A DNA stretch of 64,000 nucleotides from an uncultured Methanomassiliicoccales archaeon (GCA_938004075.1 CALKWP010000013.1:11734-75733), one strand, 5' to 3'. Shown: positions 30,206 through 39,225, counted from the first letter of the stretch. The notes: generated by a model from the sequence alone, not told the origin. A program made the numbers and translations.

Positions 30206-32140
30206 ATGCTTAAGGTCAATCTACTGGCTACCGCCATAACACTGACTATCATGCTCCTCTGCCTCGCCCCAGTGACGGCAGGGCAGCAGCCGGGCCTTGG
30301 TCAGGCCCAGATGGCAGAACTTGCCCAGGAATTCGCGCCGAGGCTGTACCTTCACCCGGACGAGATTTTCAAGCCTGTTTCCCCAGAATACGCCATCTCC
30401 CGGTCCGACCTGAAGAATATCAACACCGGGCTGATAACGCCCAACCCCACAGCGAGTCAACTCTCTGCACTCACCGACCCCAGTGCTGGATATTACCTTG
30501 ACAACAGATTGGGCACCATAAGCGATGATGGAATCAAGGAGGAGTTTCTGGACAGTTACGACAATTATGCTCCCACTGTCTATTACAGAGTGACTGAGAT
30601 CGCTTATGGAAGCCAGACAGTGTATGCTATCCAGTATTTCTTCTATTACGCTTTCAACAATGGCCCCATGAACACGCACGAAGGGGATTGGGAGATGGTG
30701 ATGGTTGTATGCGACACATCCCTAGAACCTGTTTTCACAGCCTATTCCCAGCATCTGGGAGGAGAGAGGGCGGACTGGGAACTCGTCTCGCGATACGGCA
30801 CGCACCCCAATGTATATGTCGCCCTGGGGTCGCATGCGAACTATTACAGGCCGTACCAGGGAAAGCTCGGGCCAGCATCAGACAGCTGCTCCGATTCCGG
30901 GTGGCTGCTGGCACCTGAAATATACTCTCTGGTCAACCTTGACATTACGGCACCAAGCATGGGCTGGCTCAACTTTGCAGGCAACTGGGGCGATTACGGG
31001 CGCGAATCATCCGGCATGCTGGGGGAGCGCGGGCCTGTCGGTCCAAGGTACCAGGGAGACAGGTGGAATGACCCGATAACATGGTCCGAAGGAGTGAAAG
31101 AGGTGACGGAAGAATCGCTCTCTATGAATTGGGCCCTGCATTACGTATTCTGGATGATACTTGGAATAATGGCCCTTGCCTTCCTGGTGACCATATTTGT
31201 GATATATCGCAGGAAGAAGAAGCATGGCACGCTTGGCCCGAGACTGCTCCCATTCCTTTACGTCTCGGGCGGAAACGCCCGCAGCATCGCCGCCGTCCTG
31301 GTGATTCTCGCACTGGTTGTCGGGGTGATGGGCTATTTCCTTCCCTGGTACTCTATAACTATGGACATAGAGGCAGGCGAGTACTCGACACCCGGCCCGG
31401 TCGAGGTGCTGAGAACGAACGGCGTTGATGGGATGAGCTTCAACAGGCCGGAACCGGGCGCCGGCCTTGTGCAGGTTGTGAGCGTTCCTGTTCCGGCAGG
31501 GTGGCTGATGCTGTTCGGCCTTTTCATATTCATATTCAGTTCCATCGGATATATCAAGACCAGAAAATACGGATGGAAGCTTCTCAGGCGCGCCATCTCG
31601 GTAATGATGCCCGCAGTAATCCTGATCGCCCAGGTTAGCTTGATAGGTTACTTTGTCGATGGCTATGTTCATGATGCCCCGCCCGAAGTTATGGAGATAA
31701 TCGATACCGTCTCAGCAAACCCGCTGGCCGGCACAACCACCGGAACAATCGGGGAGTATGGCACTGTCACGCTGGAATGGGGCATCGGACCCGGCGTTGT
31801 GATGCTGCTGATGTCGGCATTGCTGCTGTTCATTGCTGCCGTAATGCTGATAATGGACAACAAAACATTCTTCCGGGCCGGCCCACCGACGAACGTTGCA
31901 CAGCCCTACGGCCAGCAACAGGCATACCAGGCTTACCAGCAGCCTGTCCAAGGCCAATATCAGCCCTACACGCCTCCCGTGCCAGGTTATGGGCCTCCAC
32001 CACCCGGAGCATACGGCCAGCCGCAATCGGTGCAGGTATTCTGCCCAGCATGCGGCGCGCCATACTCTGTGATGCATGGCACGCAACCGTTCCAATGCAC
32101 AGGATGCGGAAGTTGGGTGTACCCGCCTCCGATTCAATAA
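30206..32140 (+). CDS. Membrane protein: signal peptide, Vps62-like extracellular domain, TM bundle, Pro/Gln-rich tail, C-terminal zinc ribbon
   Basis: FAPRLYLHPDE, QYFFYYAFN, HEGDWE, VYVALGSHANY; CPACG...CTGCG. Confidence 0.65.
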   Translation: MLKVNLLATAITLTIMLLCLAPVTAGQQPGLGQAQMAELAQEFAPRLYLHPDEIFKPVSPEYAISRSDLKNINTGLITPNPTASQLSALTDPSAGYYLDNRLGTISDDGIKEEFLDSYDNYAPTVYYRVTEIAYGSQTVYAIQYFFYYAFNNGPMNTHEGDWEMVMVVCDTSLEPVFTAYSQHLGGERADWELVSRYGTHPNVYVALGSHANYYRPYQGKLGPASDSCSDSGWLLAPEIYSLVNLDITAPSMGWLNFAGNWGDYGRESSGMLGERGPVGPRYQGDRWNDPITWSEGVKEVTEESLSMNWALHYVFWMILGIMALAFLVTIFVIYRRKKKHGTLGPRLLPFLYVSGGNARSIAAVLVILALVVGVMGYFLPWYSITMDIEAGEYSTPGPVEVLRTNGVDGMSFNRPEPGAGLVQVVSVPVPAGWLMLFGLFIFIFSSIGYIKTRKYGWKLLRRAISVMMPAVILIAQVSLIGYFVDGYVHDAPPEVMEIIDTVSANPLAGTTTGTIGEYGTVTLEWGIGPGVVMLLMSALLLFIAAVMLIMDNKTFFRAGPPTNVAQPYGQQQAYQAYQQPVQGQYQPYTPPVPGYGPPPPGAYGQPQSVQVFCPACGAPYSVMHGTQPFQCTGCGSWVYPPPIQ

Positions 32141-32284
32141 TCGCTTCGTGGATGTGGCCGACAAACAGGCTCTGGGTGTGTTCATTCATGCCGCTAGTTT
32201 GTCGATTCGTTCGAATTCTTTAATCCCTTAATGTTTCAATTCAGAATTCGACGAATTTTTTATTTTTGTTGGGTTATTGATATG

Positions 32285-32312
32285 ACAAATAAAAACAGCG
32301 CCGAGGGGGAGA
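32285..32312 (-). repeat. Duplicate of the tRNA-Ser 3' end plus trailer
   Basis: TCTCCCCCTCGGCGCTGTTTTTATTTGT versus TCTCCTCCTCGGCGCTTATTTTATTTGT at 32443-32416 (25/28 identical). Confidence 0.85.
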
Positions 32313-32429
32313 CCGAGACGAGGAGTAACAATAAACAATCACCTCGTCGAGGGTAGAACTAGTTTCAATGACATCATATGCTAAACTAGTTCCCTCCGAG
32401 GAGCGAATACAAACAACAAATAAAATAAG

Positions 32430-32547
32430 CGCCGAGGAGGAGATTCGAACTCCCGCGGACTTGCGCCCACCGGCTCTCAAGGCCGGCGCCTTATTCCGGG
32501 GTTCTGGACCGAAATCCAGAATCCTAACCGGGCTTAGCTACCTCGGC
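32430..32547 (-). tRNA. tRNA-Ser(UGA) with a 32-nt D-loop intron (32494-32525)
   Basis: Acceptor GCCGAGG/CCTCGGC+G73; anticodon arm CCGGC-CTTGAGA-GCCGG; long variable arm GGGC-GCAA-GTCC; T arm GGGAG-TTCGAAT-CTCCT. Removing the intron gives an 86-nt cloverleaf. Confidence 0.92.
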
Positions 32548-32585
32548 AATTTGCTGCTAATGATATTCTGAGATACGCCCGGTTG

Positions 32586-32680
32586 ACCGGGCTTCTGCGC
32601 CGAATTTCTCAGGAAACTCGGCTAGCTCACGAAATATGCTTGGATTCTGCAAATTTCAATTTCGTTCGAGCTACCTCGGC
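32586..32680 (-). repeat. Interrupted duplicate of the tRNA-Ser 5' end
   Basis: GCCGAGGTAGCT (32680-32669) + 74-nt insert + AAGCCCGGT (32594-32586) equals the first 21 nt of the tRNA. Confidence 0.8.
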
Positions 32681-32737
32681 ATTCTGCTATTGGTTTTTAT
32701 CGTACGGATGGGTATATCAGGTAACTGAATATCATAT

Positions 32738-34372
32738 TTATGACTGTTGAGTTTCCAGCACAATCTCGAACCCGGATACCGGATACCCAAGCTCGAAATT
32801 CTCCAGGACCTGGGGGTGATACTCCCCGAAGCTGCCGATTGGCTTGCCTGACACGAGTATCGCGGCAGACCTTCCCGGGATGAAGGCCGGGTCCTCGCAT
32901 TGGCCGAACGTGGCTTTCATGTTGAGGTCGCGCAGGATGGTCTGGACGAGGGATTTCATCTCGGTGAATGACGCCTTCGAGTGCATGGAAAGCGCGGCAA
33001 GGTGGCGTATCGTCCGTGTACCAGAGACGATGCTGCCGACCTCGAATATGTTCTGGGGGAGCTCCCTGTGCTTGTTGGCTTTAAGGAAGATGAACATGCT
33101 GGGGGTGAGTGTCACGCGGACGCAAGTTAGGTAATCGGCAATCGGATTCTGGATCTTCACCAGGTCATCGGATTCAGGCCTCTGCATCATCTGGAACTGC
33201 TCTTTCTCACAGGACAGGGCAAGGCTCTTCACCTCGAGGTAAGCATGGCCCATCATCAGTTTCCTGGCATTGTTGGACAGAACTTCGAGGGGCCTTTCCA
33301 CGCCGAACGTGATGCTCTTTGGGAGAGTAGTGGCGATATTGTTGAAGCCGGCGCTGATGGCGATGTCCTCCATCAGGTCCACGCTGTGAATTATGTCGCC
33401 CCGGTACCCGGGAATCTGGACCTTGACATTCGAGCCGGAAGCCTCAGCCCCGAACCTCATCCTGCGCAGATGCTCAGCCATGAGTTCGCCGGAATACTCA
33501 GTGCCCAGGAGGGCGTTGGTCTCAAGGACGGAGAGAGTGCGGATTCTGGGAGCGAGGTCGGGCAGCACCATCTCGGAGTCCGGGTAGAGCACTTTGACGC
33601 TTTCTATCCTGCCTCCGCGTTCAGCGAGAAGCGTGGCAATGATGTTCAGCGCCACCTTCAATGTGTTGAGGTCCGTGCCAGTCAAGTCAAGGAAGAGGTC
33701 GGTGGTGGATTCTGTTACCGTGGTGATATTGCCATTGATGATTGGTGGGAATGAGAGGACCTTTCCGTCGGCATCCACTATGACTGGGTACCGGGGCTTG
33801 CCCTCAAGGATGCTGGCGTACTCGACGCCCTTCTCATGCCTGGCGAGGATTTCGGCCATGTCCATTTCCATGGTGTATCCCAGTGGCGCGAATCTCAGGC
33901 TCTTCGGCTCGACTGCCTTGTAGGTGAAAGGGAATTTCAGCTTGGCCATGTCATGTACGCCGATTGCGACCTTCTTGCGCTTGCGACCAAGTGTGAGATG
34001 CAATTTCTCTTGGGCCTCCATCAGAGATGCTATTAGCTCGTCTGTCATGGCCACGTTTCTGACGATGCCGGCAACTATGAAAGGCCTTATCTCCGCAACC
34101 GATGGGTCGACCTTCAGGACGTTATCTGTTGGCTCCACAGGATACCTGGCCAGGCCAGTCTCCTTGCCGATGAAGCCGCGAAGCGCCCTGGCAACGCCTT
34201 CAACGGAGTAAAGGTCCGGGCGGTTGGGGAAGAATTCGACATTCATGACGTCCCCTTCCACGCTGTCGATGTCGGAGCCAAGCATGGGGAGCATTGCCAA
34301 TAATTCCTCTTGCGAAATATCCTGGCGGATGAGGCCGACAAGGTCGCGGTAGCTGAGGGTGATGACTGCCAT
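32738..34372 (-). CDS. pheT: Phenylalanine--tRNA ligase beta subunit
   Basis: FFPNRPDLYSVEG, QEKLH..LGRKRKKVAIGVHD, YRGDIIHSVDLMEDIAI. Confidence 0.95.
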   Translation of the reverse strand: MAVITLSYRDLVGLIRQDISQEELLAMLPMLGSDIDSVEGDVMNVEFFPNRPDLYSVEGVARALRGFIGKETGLARYPVEPTDNVLKVDPSVAEIRPFIVAGIVRNVAMTDELIASLMEAQEKLHLTLGRKRKKVAIGVHDMAKLKFPFTYKAVEPKSLRFAPLGYTMEMDMAEILARHEKGVEYASILEGKPRYPVIVDADGKVLSFPPIINGNITTVTESTTDLFLDLTGTDLNTLKVALNIIATLLAERGGRIESVKVLYPDSEMVLPDLAPRIRTLSVLETNALLGTEYSGELMAEHLRRMRFGAEASGSNVKVQIPGYRGDIIHSVDLMEDIAISAGFNNIATTLPKSITFGVERPLEVLSNNARKLMMGHAYLEVKSLALSCEKEQFQMMQRPESDDLVKIQNPIADYLTCVRVTLTPSMFIFLKANKHRELPQNIFEVGSIVSGTRTIRHLAALSMHSKASFTEMKSLVQTILRDLNMKATFGQCEDPAFIPGRSAAILVSGKPIGSFGEYHPQVLENFELGYPVSGFEIVLETQQS

Positions 34373-34448
34373 TGGTTGGCGATATTTGCCTACCTATAAA
34401 TGTTTTCGCAAGGCAACATTCATTTATCCTGACGCTTTCCGGTTCCCC

Positions 34449-35492
34449 ATGAAGAAGCAGATGCGCGTGGCCATGTACTACTCGAACAGGGACGTGAGAC
34501 TGGAGAAGATGCCGGTGCCGGATATCGGGCCCGGCGAGATGCTCATGAAAATCGAGGCCAGTGGCATCTGCGGCTCGGACGTTATGGAATGGTACCGCCG
34601 CGACAAGGTACCGCTGGTTCTGGGGCACGAGGTCGCCGGAACAGTCGAGAAAGTGGGAAAGGGTGTGCAGAGGTTCAAGAAAGGAGATAGGATTGTGGCG
34701 AGCCATCATGTGCCCTGCAACACCTGCGACTACTGCCATCACGGCCATCACACTGCCTGCAAGTCCCTCCAGGGCGGCACCAACTTCCACCCCGGCGGAT
34801 TTTCGGAATTTGTCCGGCTTCCGGCAATCAATGTAGATCGCGGTGTGTACTCAATTCCGGAGGGCGTGAGCTTCGAAGAGGCGACATTCGCAGAACCACT
34901 TGGGTGCGTGCTCCGCGGACAGAGGAAGATGCAGATGAAGCACGGCGCCAGCGTGTTCGTCATCGGCACCGGGATATCCGGGCTCCTGCACGTGAGCCTC
35001 GCCCGGGCCATGGGCGCCGGGAAGATTGTTGCCGCAGACATCTCAGAATACAGGCTGGACATGAGCATGCGATTCGGCGCGGACTCGGTTGTGATGTCAG
35101 ATAAGAATCTTGCCAAGAACCTCATCAAGGCCAATGATGGAAAGAAAGCGCAGAACGTCATAGTCTGCACGGGGGCTATACCAGCCATAAAAGCCGCCCT
35201 GGATGCTGTGGACAAAGGCGGGACCGTGCTGTTCTTCGCCCCCACCAACCAAGGCGAGACAATTCCGTTCTCGATCAACGACGTTCTCTGGAAGAAGGAA
35301 GTGACCCTGGCGACCACTTATGCAGCTGCGCCGGCAGATCATGTGGCTGCGCTGGAACTCATCCGCGCCGGCACCATCCCGGTGGATGAGATGATAACCC
35401 ACAGGTTCGGGCTCAAAGATGCTCAGAAAGGATTCAATCTGGTTGCTGGCGGCGGGGATTCCGTGAAGGTCATCATAATGCCGCAGGAATGA
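34449..35492 (+). CDS. Zinc-dependent medium-chain alcohol/polyol dehydrogenase
   Basis: GICGSD, GHEVAG, CNTCDYC...C, GTGISG. Confidence 0.88.
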   Translation: MKKQMRVAMYYSNRDVRLEKMPVPDIGPGEMLMKIEASGICGSDVMEWYRRDKVPLVLGHEVAGTVEKVGKGVQRFKKGDRIVASHHVPCNTCDYCHHGHHTACKSLQGGTNFHPGGFSEFVRLPAINVDRGVYSIPEGVSFEEATFAEPLGCVLRGQRKMQMKHGASVFVIGTGISGLLHVSLARAMGAGKIVAADISEYRLDMSMRFGADSVVMSDKNLAKNLIKANDGKKAQNVIVCTGAIPAIKAALDAVDKGGTVLFFAPTNQGETIPFSINDVLWKKEVTLATTYAAAPADHVAALELIRAGTIPVDEMITHRFGLKDAQKGFNLVAGGGDSVKVIIMPQE

Positions 35493-36164
35493 TCATTTAT
35501 CTGTTAGCCTGGCATGGGTGATTCTCATCTCCCCGCGCACGCCGTCCCAGGCAATCTCCGATTCCATGATTTCCAACCTTTTCAGGAAATTGGGACCGTC
35601 AAGCACCAGTGTCTCGAACTCGCCGCCCTCACCGGAGATGTTTATGCGATTTTTTGCGGAGATTGATGCAAGCTCTTTCAGGGTTTCCAGGTCCAGAGTC
35701 CTGCCCAGCCATTCCTTCCCCAGGCCGTCCGCGTAAACGCCGACAATCATGACCTTGAATCCGGCAGCGATTATGTCCTCCAGGACATCTTCCTGCTTCC
35801 ACCGCCATATCGGGGAGAATGAGACCATGCCGAGCTCATGGCATATCCTGTCAATGCGGGCGTGCTGGTAATCTGATGCGATGGCGCCGGATACTATGCC
35901 TTGAACTTCCAGGCCAGTGAGCGCCCTCCTGAGGTCCTCCAACTCCTTCTCCTCCTCCCCTTTGGTCGGAACAGCAAGATGAGGTATGCCCATGGCCTCT
36001 GCCAGCATGTCGCAGAGGCTGACATTGGGGATGTGGAACATGTAGGACTCGCCTTTCTTGGGCACCATGGTAATAAGCTTGGTGACCTCCCAGCCCCGGG
36101 ACAGGGCCAGGTGTATCGCGTAAGTGGAATCCTTCCCTCCGGAGAACAGGGCGGCGACGTGCAT
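35493..36164 (-). CDS. dph6: Diphthine--ammonia ligase (PP-loop ATPase)
   Basis: ALFSGGKDS, SYMFH, GAIASDYQ, GEGGEFETLV. Confidence 0.88.
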   Translation of the reverse strand: MHVAALFSGGKDSTYAIHLALSRGWEVTKLITMVPKKGESYMFHIPNVSLCDMLAEAMGIPHLAVPTKGEEEKELEDLRRALTGLEVQGIVSGAIASDYQHARIDRICHELGMVSFSPIWRWKQEDVLEDIIAAGFKVMIVGVYADGLGKEWLGRTLDLETLKELASISAKNRINISGEGGEFETLVLDGPNFLKRLEIMESEIAWDGVRGEMRITHARLTDK

Positions 36165-36210
36165 CGGTGCAGGATGGCGCCCATGAGATATAGTTTTGCG
36201 GTCGTGAAAA

Positions 36211-36408
36211 GGCCACGGCATCGGCCAACCTGGTCATGCCCTAACGAGGCAAAGTCTCGTTAGTGCCGCAACGACAAGTCGTTGCTTACCCCGCCTGATG
36301 TTCCAGATGCGTGAGGTTAGGGCGGGGTAACAATGCCAGATTTTGAAAATCTGGCTGTAGTGATGCACAGAGTGCATTTACCTTTTGGCCCTGCCTGTAA
36401 GGAGCAGG
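36211..36408 (+). ncRNA. Candidate structured RNA or palindrome array (seven closely packed hairpins)
   Basis: Inverted repeats at 36217-36240, 36241-36263, 36268-36285, 36286-36330, 36335-36355, 36363-36377 and 36390-36408; G.U pairs favour the + strand. Confidence 0.45.
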
Positions 36409-36517
36409 TGTGGTGCGCCTCACATATTTCACAAACGCACCCATGATATTAGCAGATAGATTTTTATAGAAGTTATAATATTGCCAAAACACAACCCATG
36501 AAAAGGGGGTAAATATT

Positions 36518-38170
36518 ATGCAAGGACAACAGCAACAGCCAATAATAATCCTCAGAGAAGGAACGGACAGGAACAAGGGCAGGGGTGCCCAGATGAACAA
36601 CATCGCAGCGGCAAAAGCCGTCGCAGATGCGGTTCGCTCGACCCTCGGGCCCAAGGGAATGGATAAAATGCTCGTGGACAGCATGGGCGACGTGGTCATC
36701 ACGAATGACGGCGCCACCATCCTGAAGGAGATCGACATCGAGCACCCGGCCGCAAAGATGGTCGTGGAAGTAGCCAAGACCCAGGACAACGAGTGCGGCG
36801 ACGGAACAACCTCCGCAGTCGTGCTGGCAGGCGAGCTGCTCAAGAAGGCGGAAAGCCTCATCGAGCAAAACGTCCACCCGACCGTTATCGCAAACGGATA
36901 CAGGCTGGCCGCGGCCGAGTCCATCAACATCTTGAAGAAACTCGGGGTCAAGGTCGACCTGAAGAACGACAAGATGCTCAAGAGCATCGCCATGACCGCG
37001 ATGACAGGGAAATCAGTCGGACCGAACAAGGAGGGTCTGGCCGAGGTAGCTGTCGGAGCCGTCAAGGCCGTTGCCGAGAAGAAGAACGGCAGCTATGTGG
37101 TCGACATCGACAACATCAAGGTGGAGAAGAAGGTCGGCGGTTCGCTGGCTGACACAAGGCTCATCGAGGGAATCATCCTGGACAAGGAAAAAGTCCACCC
37201 GAGGATGCCCAGCCAGGTGAAGAATGCAAAAATTGCCCTCATCGACTCCGCGCTGGAGATAAAGAAGACAGAAGTTGACGCGAAAATCCAGATAACCGAC
37301 CCGAGCCAGCTTCAGAAATTCCTGGACGAGGAAGAGAAGACGCTCAAGAAGAAGGCCGATGTGATCAAGAAGTCCGGCGCTAACGTCGTAGTCTGCCAGA
37401 AGGGCATAGACGACCTGGTGCAGCACTTCCTGGCCAAGGAAGGCATCTTCGCGGTCCGCAGGGTCAAGAAATCCGACATGGAAGCACTGGCCAAGGCCAC
37501 CGGCGCGAAACTCGTCACGAACCTGGAAGACCTCACGCCCGCAGACCTGGGAAAGGCCGGCATGGTCGAGGAGATGAAGATATCGGACAGCGACATGACC
37601 TTCATAACCGGCTGCAAGGACGCGAAATCCGTTTCAATCTTGATAAGGGGCGGCACCGAACACGTGATTGATGAAGCCGAGCGCGCGCTTCACGACGCGC
37701 TCAAAGTCACGGCAGTCGCAATGGAGGACGGCATCGCACTTCCGGGCGGCGGCTCAATGGAGATAGAGCTATCCCTGGCGCTCAACAAGTTCGGCTCCAA
37801 GGTGGGCGGACGCGAGCAGCTGGCCATAGAGGCGTTCTCCAAGGCAACCGAGATTATCCCGTGGACACTGGCGGAAAACGCAGGACTTGACGCAATCGAC
37901 GTCCTCATACAGCTCAGGAGCGAGCACGAGGGGAAGAAGCGCAAGACCGCAGGCATCAACGTGTTCTCCGGACAGGTAGTCGACATGCTGAAGGAGAACG
38001 TCGTAGAACCCATGAGGGTCAAGACCCAGGCCATAAACGCAGCAAGCGAGGTCGCCATAATGATCCTGAGGATCGACGATGTCATCGCTGCCAAGAAGGG
38101 CGCCGGCGGACCTCCGGGCGGCATGCCACCCGGCGGAATGGGCGGCATGGGCGGCGGAATGGATTACTGA
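36518..38170 (+). CDS. ths: Thermosome subunit (group II chaperonin)
   Basis: [27 protein letters not shown]-repeat tail. Confidence 0.97.
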   Translation: MQGQQQQPIIILREGTDRNKGRGAQMNNIAAAKAVADAVRSTLGPKGMDKMLVDSMGDVVITNDGATILKEIDIEHPAAKMVVEVAKTQDNECGDGTTSAVVLAGELLKKAESLIEQNVHPTVIANGYRLAAAESINILKKLGVKVDLKNDKMLKSIAMTAMTGKSVGPNKEGLAEVAVGAVKAVAEKKNGSYVVDIDNIKVEKKVGGSLADTRLIEGIILDKEKVHPRMPSQVKNAKIALIDSALEIKKTEVDAKIQITDPSQLQKFLDEEEKTLKKKADVIKKSGANVVVCQKGIDDLVQHFLAKEGIFAVRRVKKSDMEALAKATGAKLVTNLEDLTPADLGKAGMVEEMKISDSDMTFITGCKDAKSVSILIRGGTEHVIDEAERALHDALKVTAVAMEDGIALPGGGSMEIELSLALNKFGSKVGGREQLAIEAFSKATEIIPWTLAENAGLDAIDVLIQLRSEHEGKKRKTAGINVFSGQVVDMLKENVVEPMRVKTQAINAASEVAIMILRIDDVIAAKKGAGGPPGGMPPGGMGGMGGGMDY

Positions 38171-38186
38171 GCCCAAAAAAATGAAT

Positions 38187-38230
38187 GGGCCGGTCGAAAG
38201 GCCGGCCCCAATTTTCAATTCTTGTTCTTT
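38187..38230 (+). terminator. Hairpin plus T-rich tract after the thermosome gene
   Basis: GGGCCGGTC-GAAA-GGCCGGCCC followed by T-rich sequence. Confidence 0.6.
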
Positions 38231-38283
38231 CAGGAAGAATCTATTAGTACCCTGACTTCAATCAGTTAGATGGAGTAGTATGG

Positions 38284-39225
38284 ATGAACAGGGACCGGGT
38301 TGAGCAGCTCAAGCACCAGCACAACTTCAACGCTGACAAGCGGCATTTCGAGAGATTGACCCTTGCCGTTGTCGTGATAACGCTGGCCACCATGTTTGCC
38401 GAAATATTATTCGGCTTGCTGACCAACTCCATGGCCCTGCTGGCGGACGGGCTGCACATGGGAACGCATGCATTCGCGCTCGCCATATCCTTCTGGGCCT
38501 ACAGGCTTGCCAGGAAGCATGCCGGCAGTGCAAAATTCACATTCGGAACCTGGAAGATTGAGATTCTTGGCGCGTACTCCAGCGCTCTGGTGCTCGGCAT
38601 AGTGGCGATAATGATGATCTACGCCTCGGTGGAGAGGATTATCAACCCACTTGCCATTCATTACGACCAAGCATTGATTGTTGCCGTCATCGGCCTGCTG
38701 GTCAACCTTGTGTGCGCCGCCATCCTGAGCTCCGGTTCCGGGCATCAGCACAGTCATGAGCATAGCGCCGGGGAACATGAGCATCACATGCATGACGACC
38801 TGAACCTCAGGTCGGCTTACGTTCATGTGATTGCTGATGCGATGACTTCCATATTCGCCATAGCCGCATTGCTGGGAGCGAAATATTACCGGCAGGATTG
38901 GCTGGACCCGGTCATGGGCATCGTGGGCGCCGCGCTGATACTTCGCTGGGGATGGCTGCTGATGAGGGAGTCGGCGCACATACTTCTGGATTACAGGGCG
39001 GTAAGCCCGCTTTCGGATAAGATAAGAAAAACAATAGAGGCTGACAACGAAACCGCGGTATGCGACCTTCATCTTTGGAAAGTGGGTGACAATGCATACG
39101 CTTGCATCATTTCCCTGGTCGCCGAAAAGGAGCGCGCGGTGGAAGAGTACAGGGAGATGCTGGGCAAATTTCCTGAACTGAAGCATATCACCATCGAGAA
39201 GAATGATTCCTGCGAAATTCGGTAG
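38284..39225 (+). CDS. CDF-family cation efflux transporter (DmeF-like)
   Basis: SMALLADGLHMGTH, His-rich loop, NLRSAYVHVIAD, DLHLW. Confidence 0.9.
   Translation: MNRDRVEQLKHQHNFNADKRHFERLTLAVVVITLATMFAEILFGLLTNSMALLADGLHMGTHAFALAISFWAYRLARKHAGSAKFTFGTWKIEILGAYSSALVLGIVAIMMIYASVERIINPLAIHYDQALIVAVIGLLVNLVCAAILSSGSGHQHSHEHSAGEHEHHMHDDLNLRSAYVHVIADAMTSIFAIAALLGAKYYRQDWLDPVMGIVGAALILRWGWLLMRESAHILLDYRAVSPLSDKIRKTIEADNETAVCDLHLWKVGDNAYACIISLVAEKERAVEEYREMLGKFPELKHITIEKNDSCEIR

Noticed and set aside
32299..32680. A complete second tRNA spliced from the outer fragments in cis
   Set aside because: No independent anticodon arm or T-loop could be rebuilt by BHB-rule excision of the flanking hairpins.
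36211..36408. SRP RNA, RNase P RNA or multi-intron tRNA as the identity of the hairpin array
   Set aside because: No helix-8 CAGG..GNRA..AGCA pairing, no GAGGAAAGUCC signature, and no T-arm or anticodon arm recoverable after removing hairpins.
38100..38165. GGCGGCATG tandem repeats
   Set aside because: They encode the normal GGM tail of the chaperonin.
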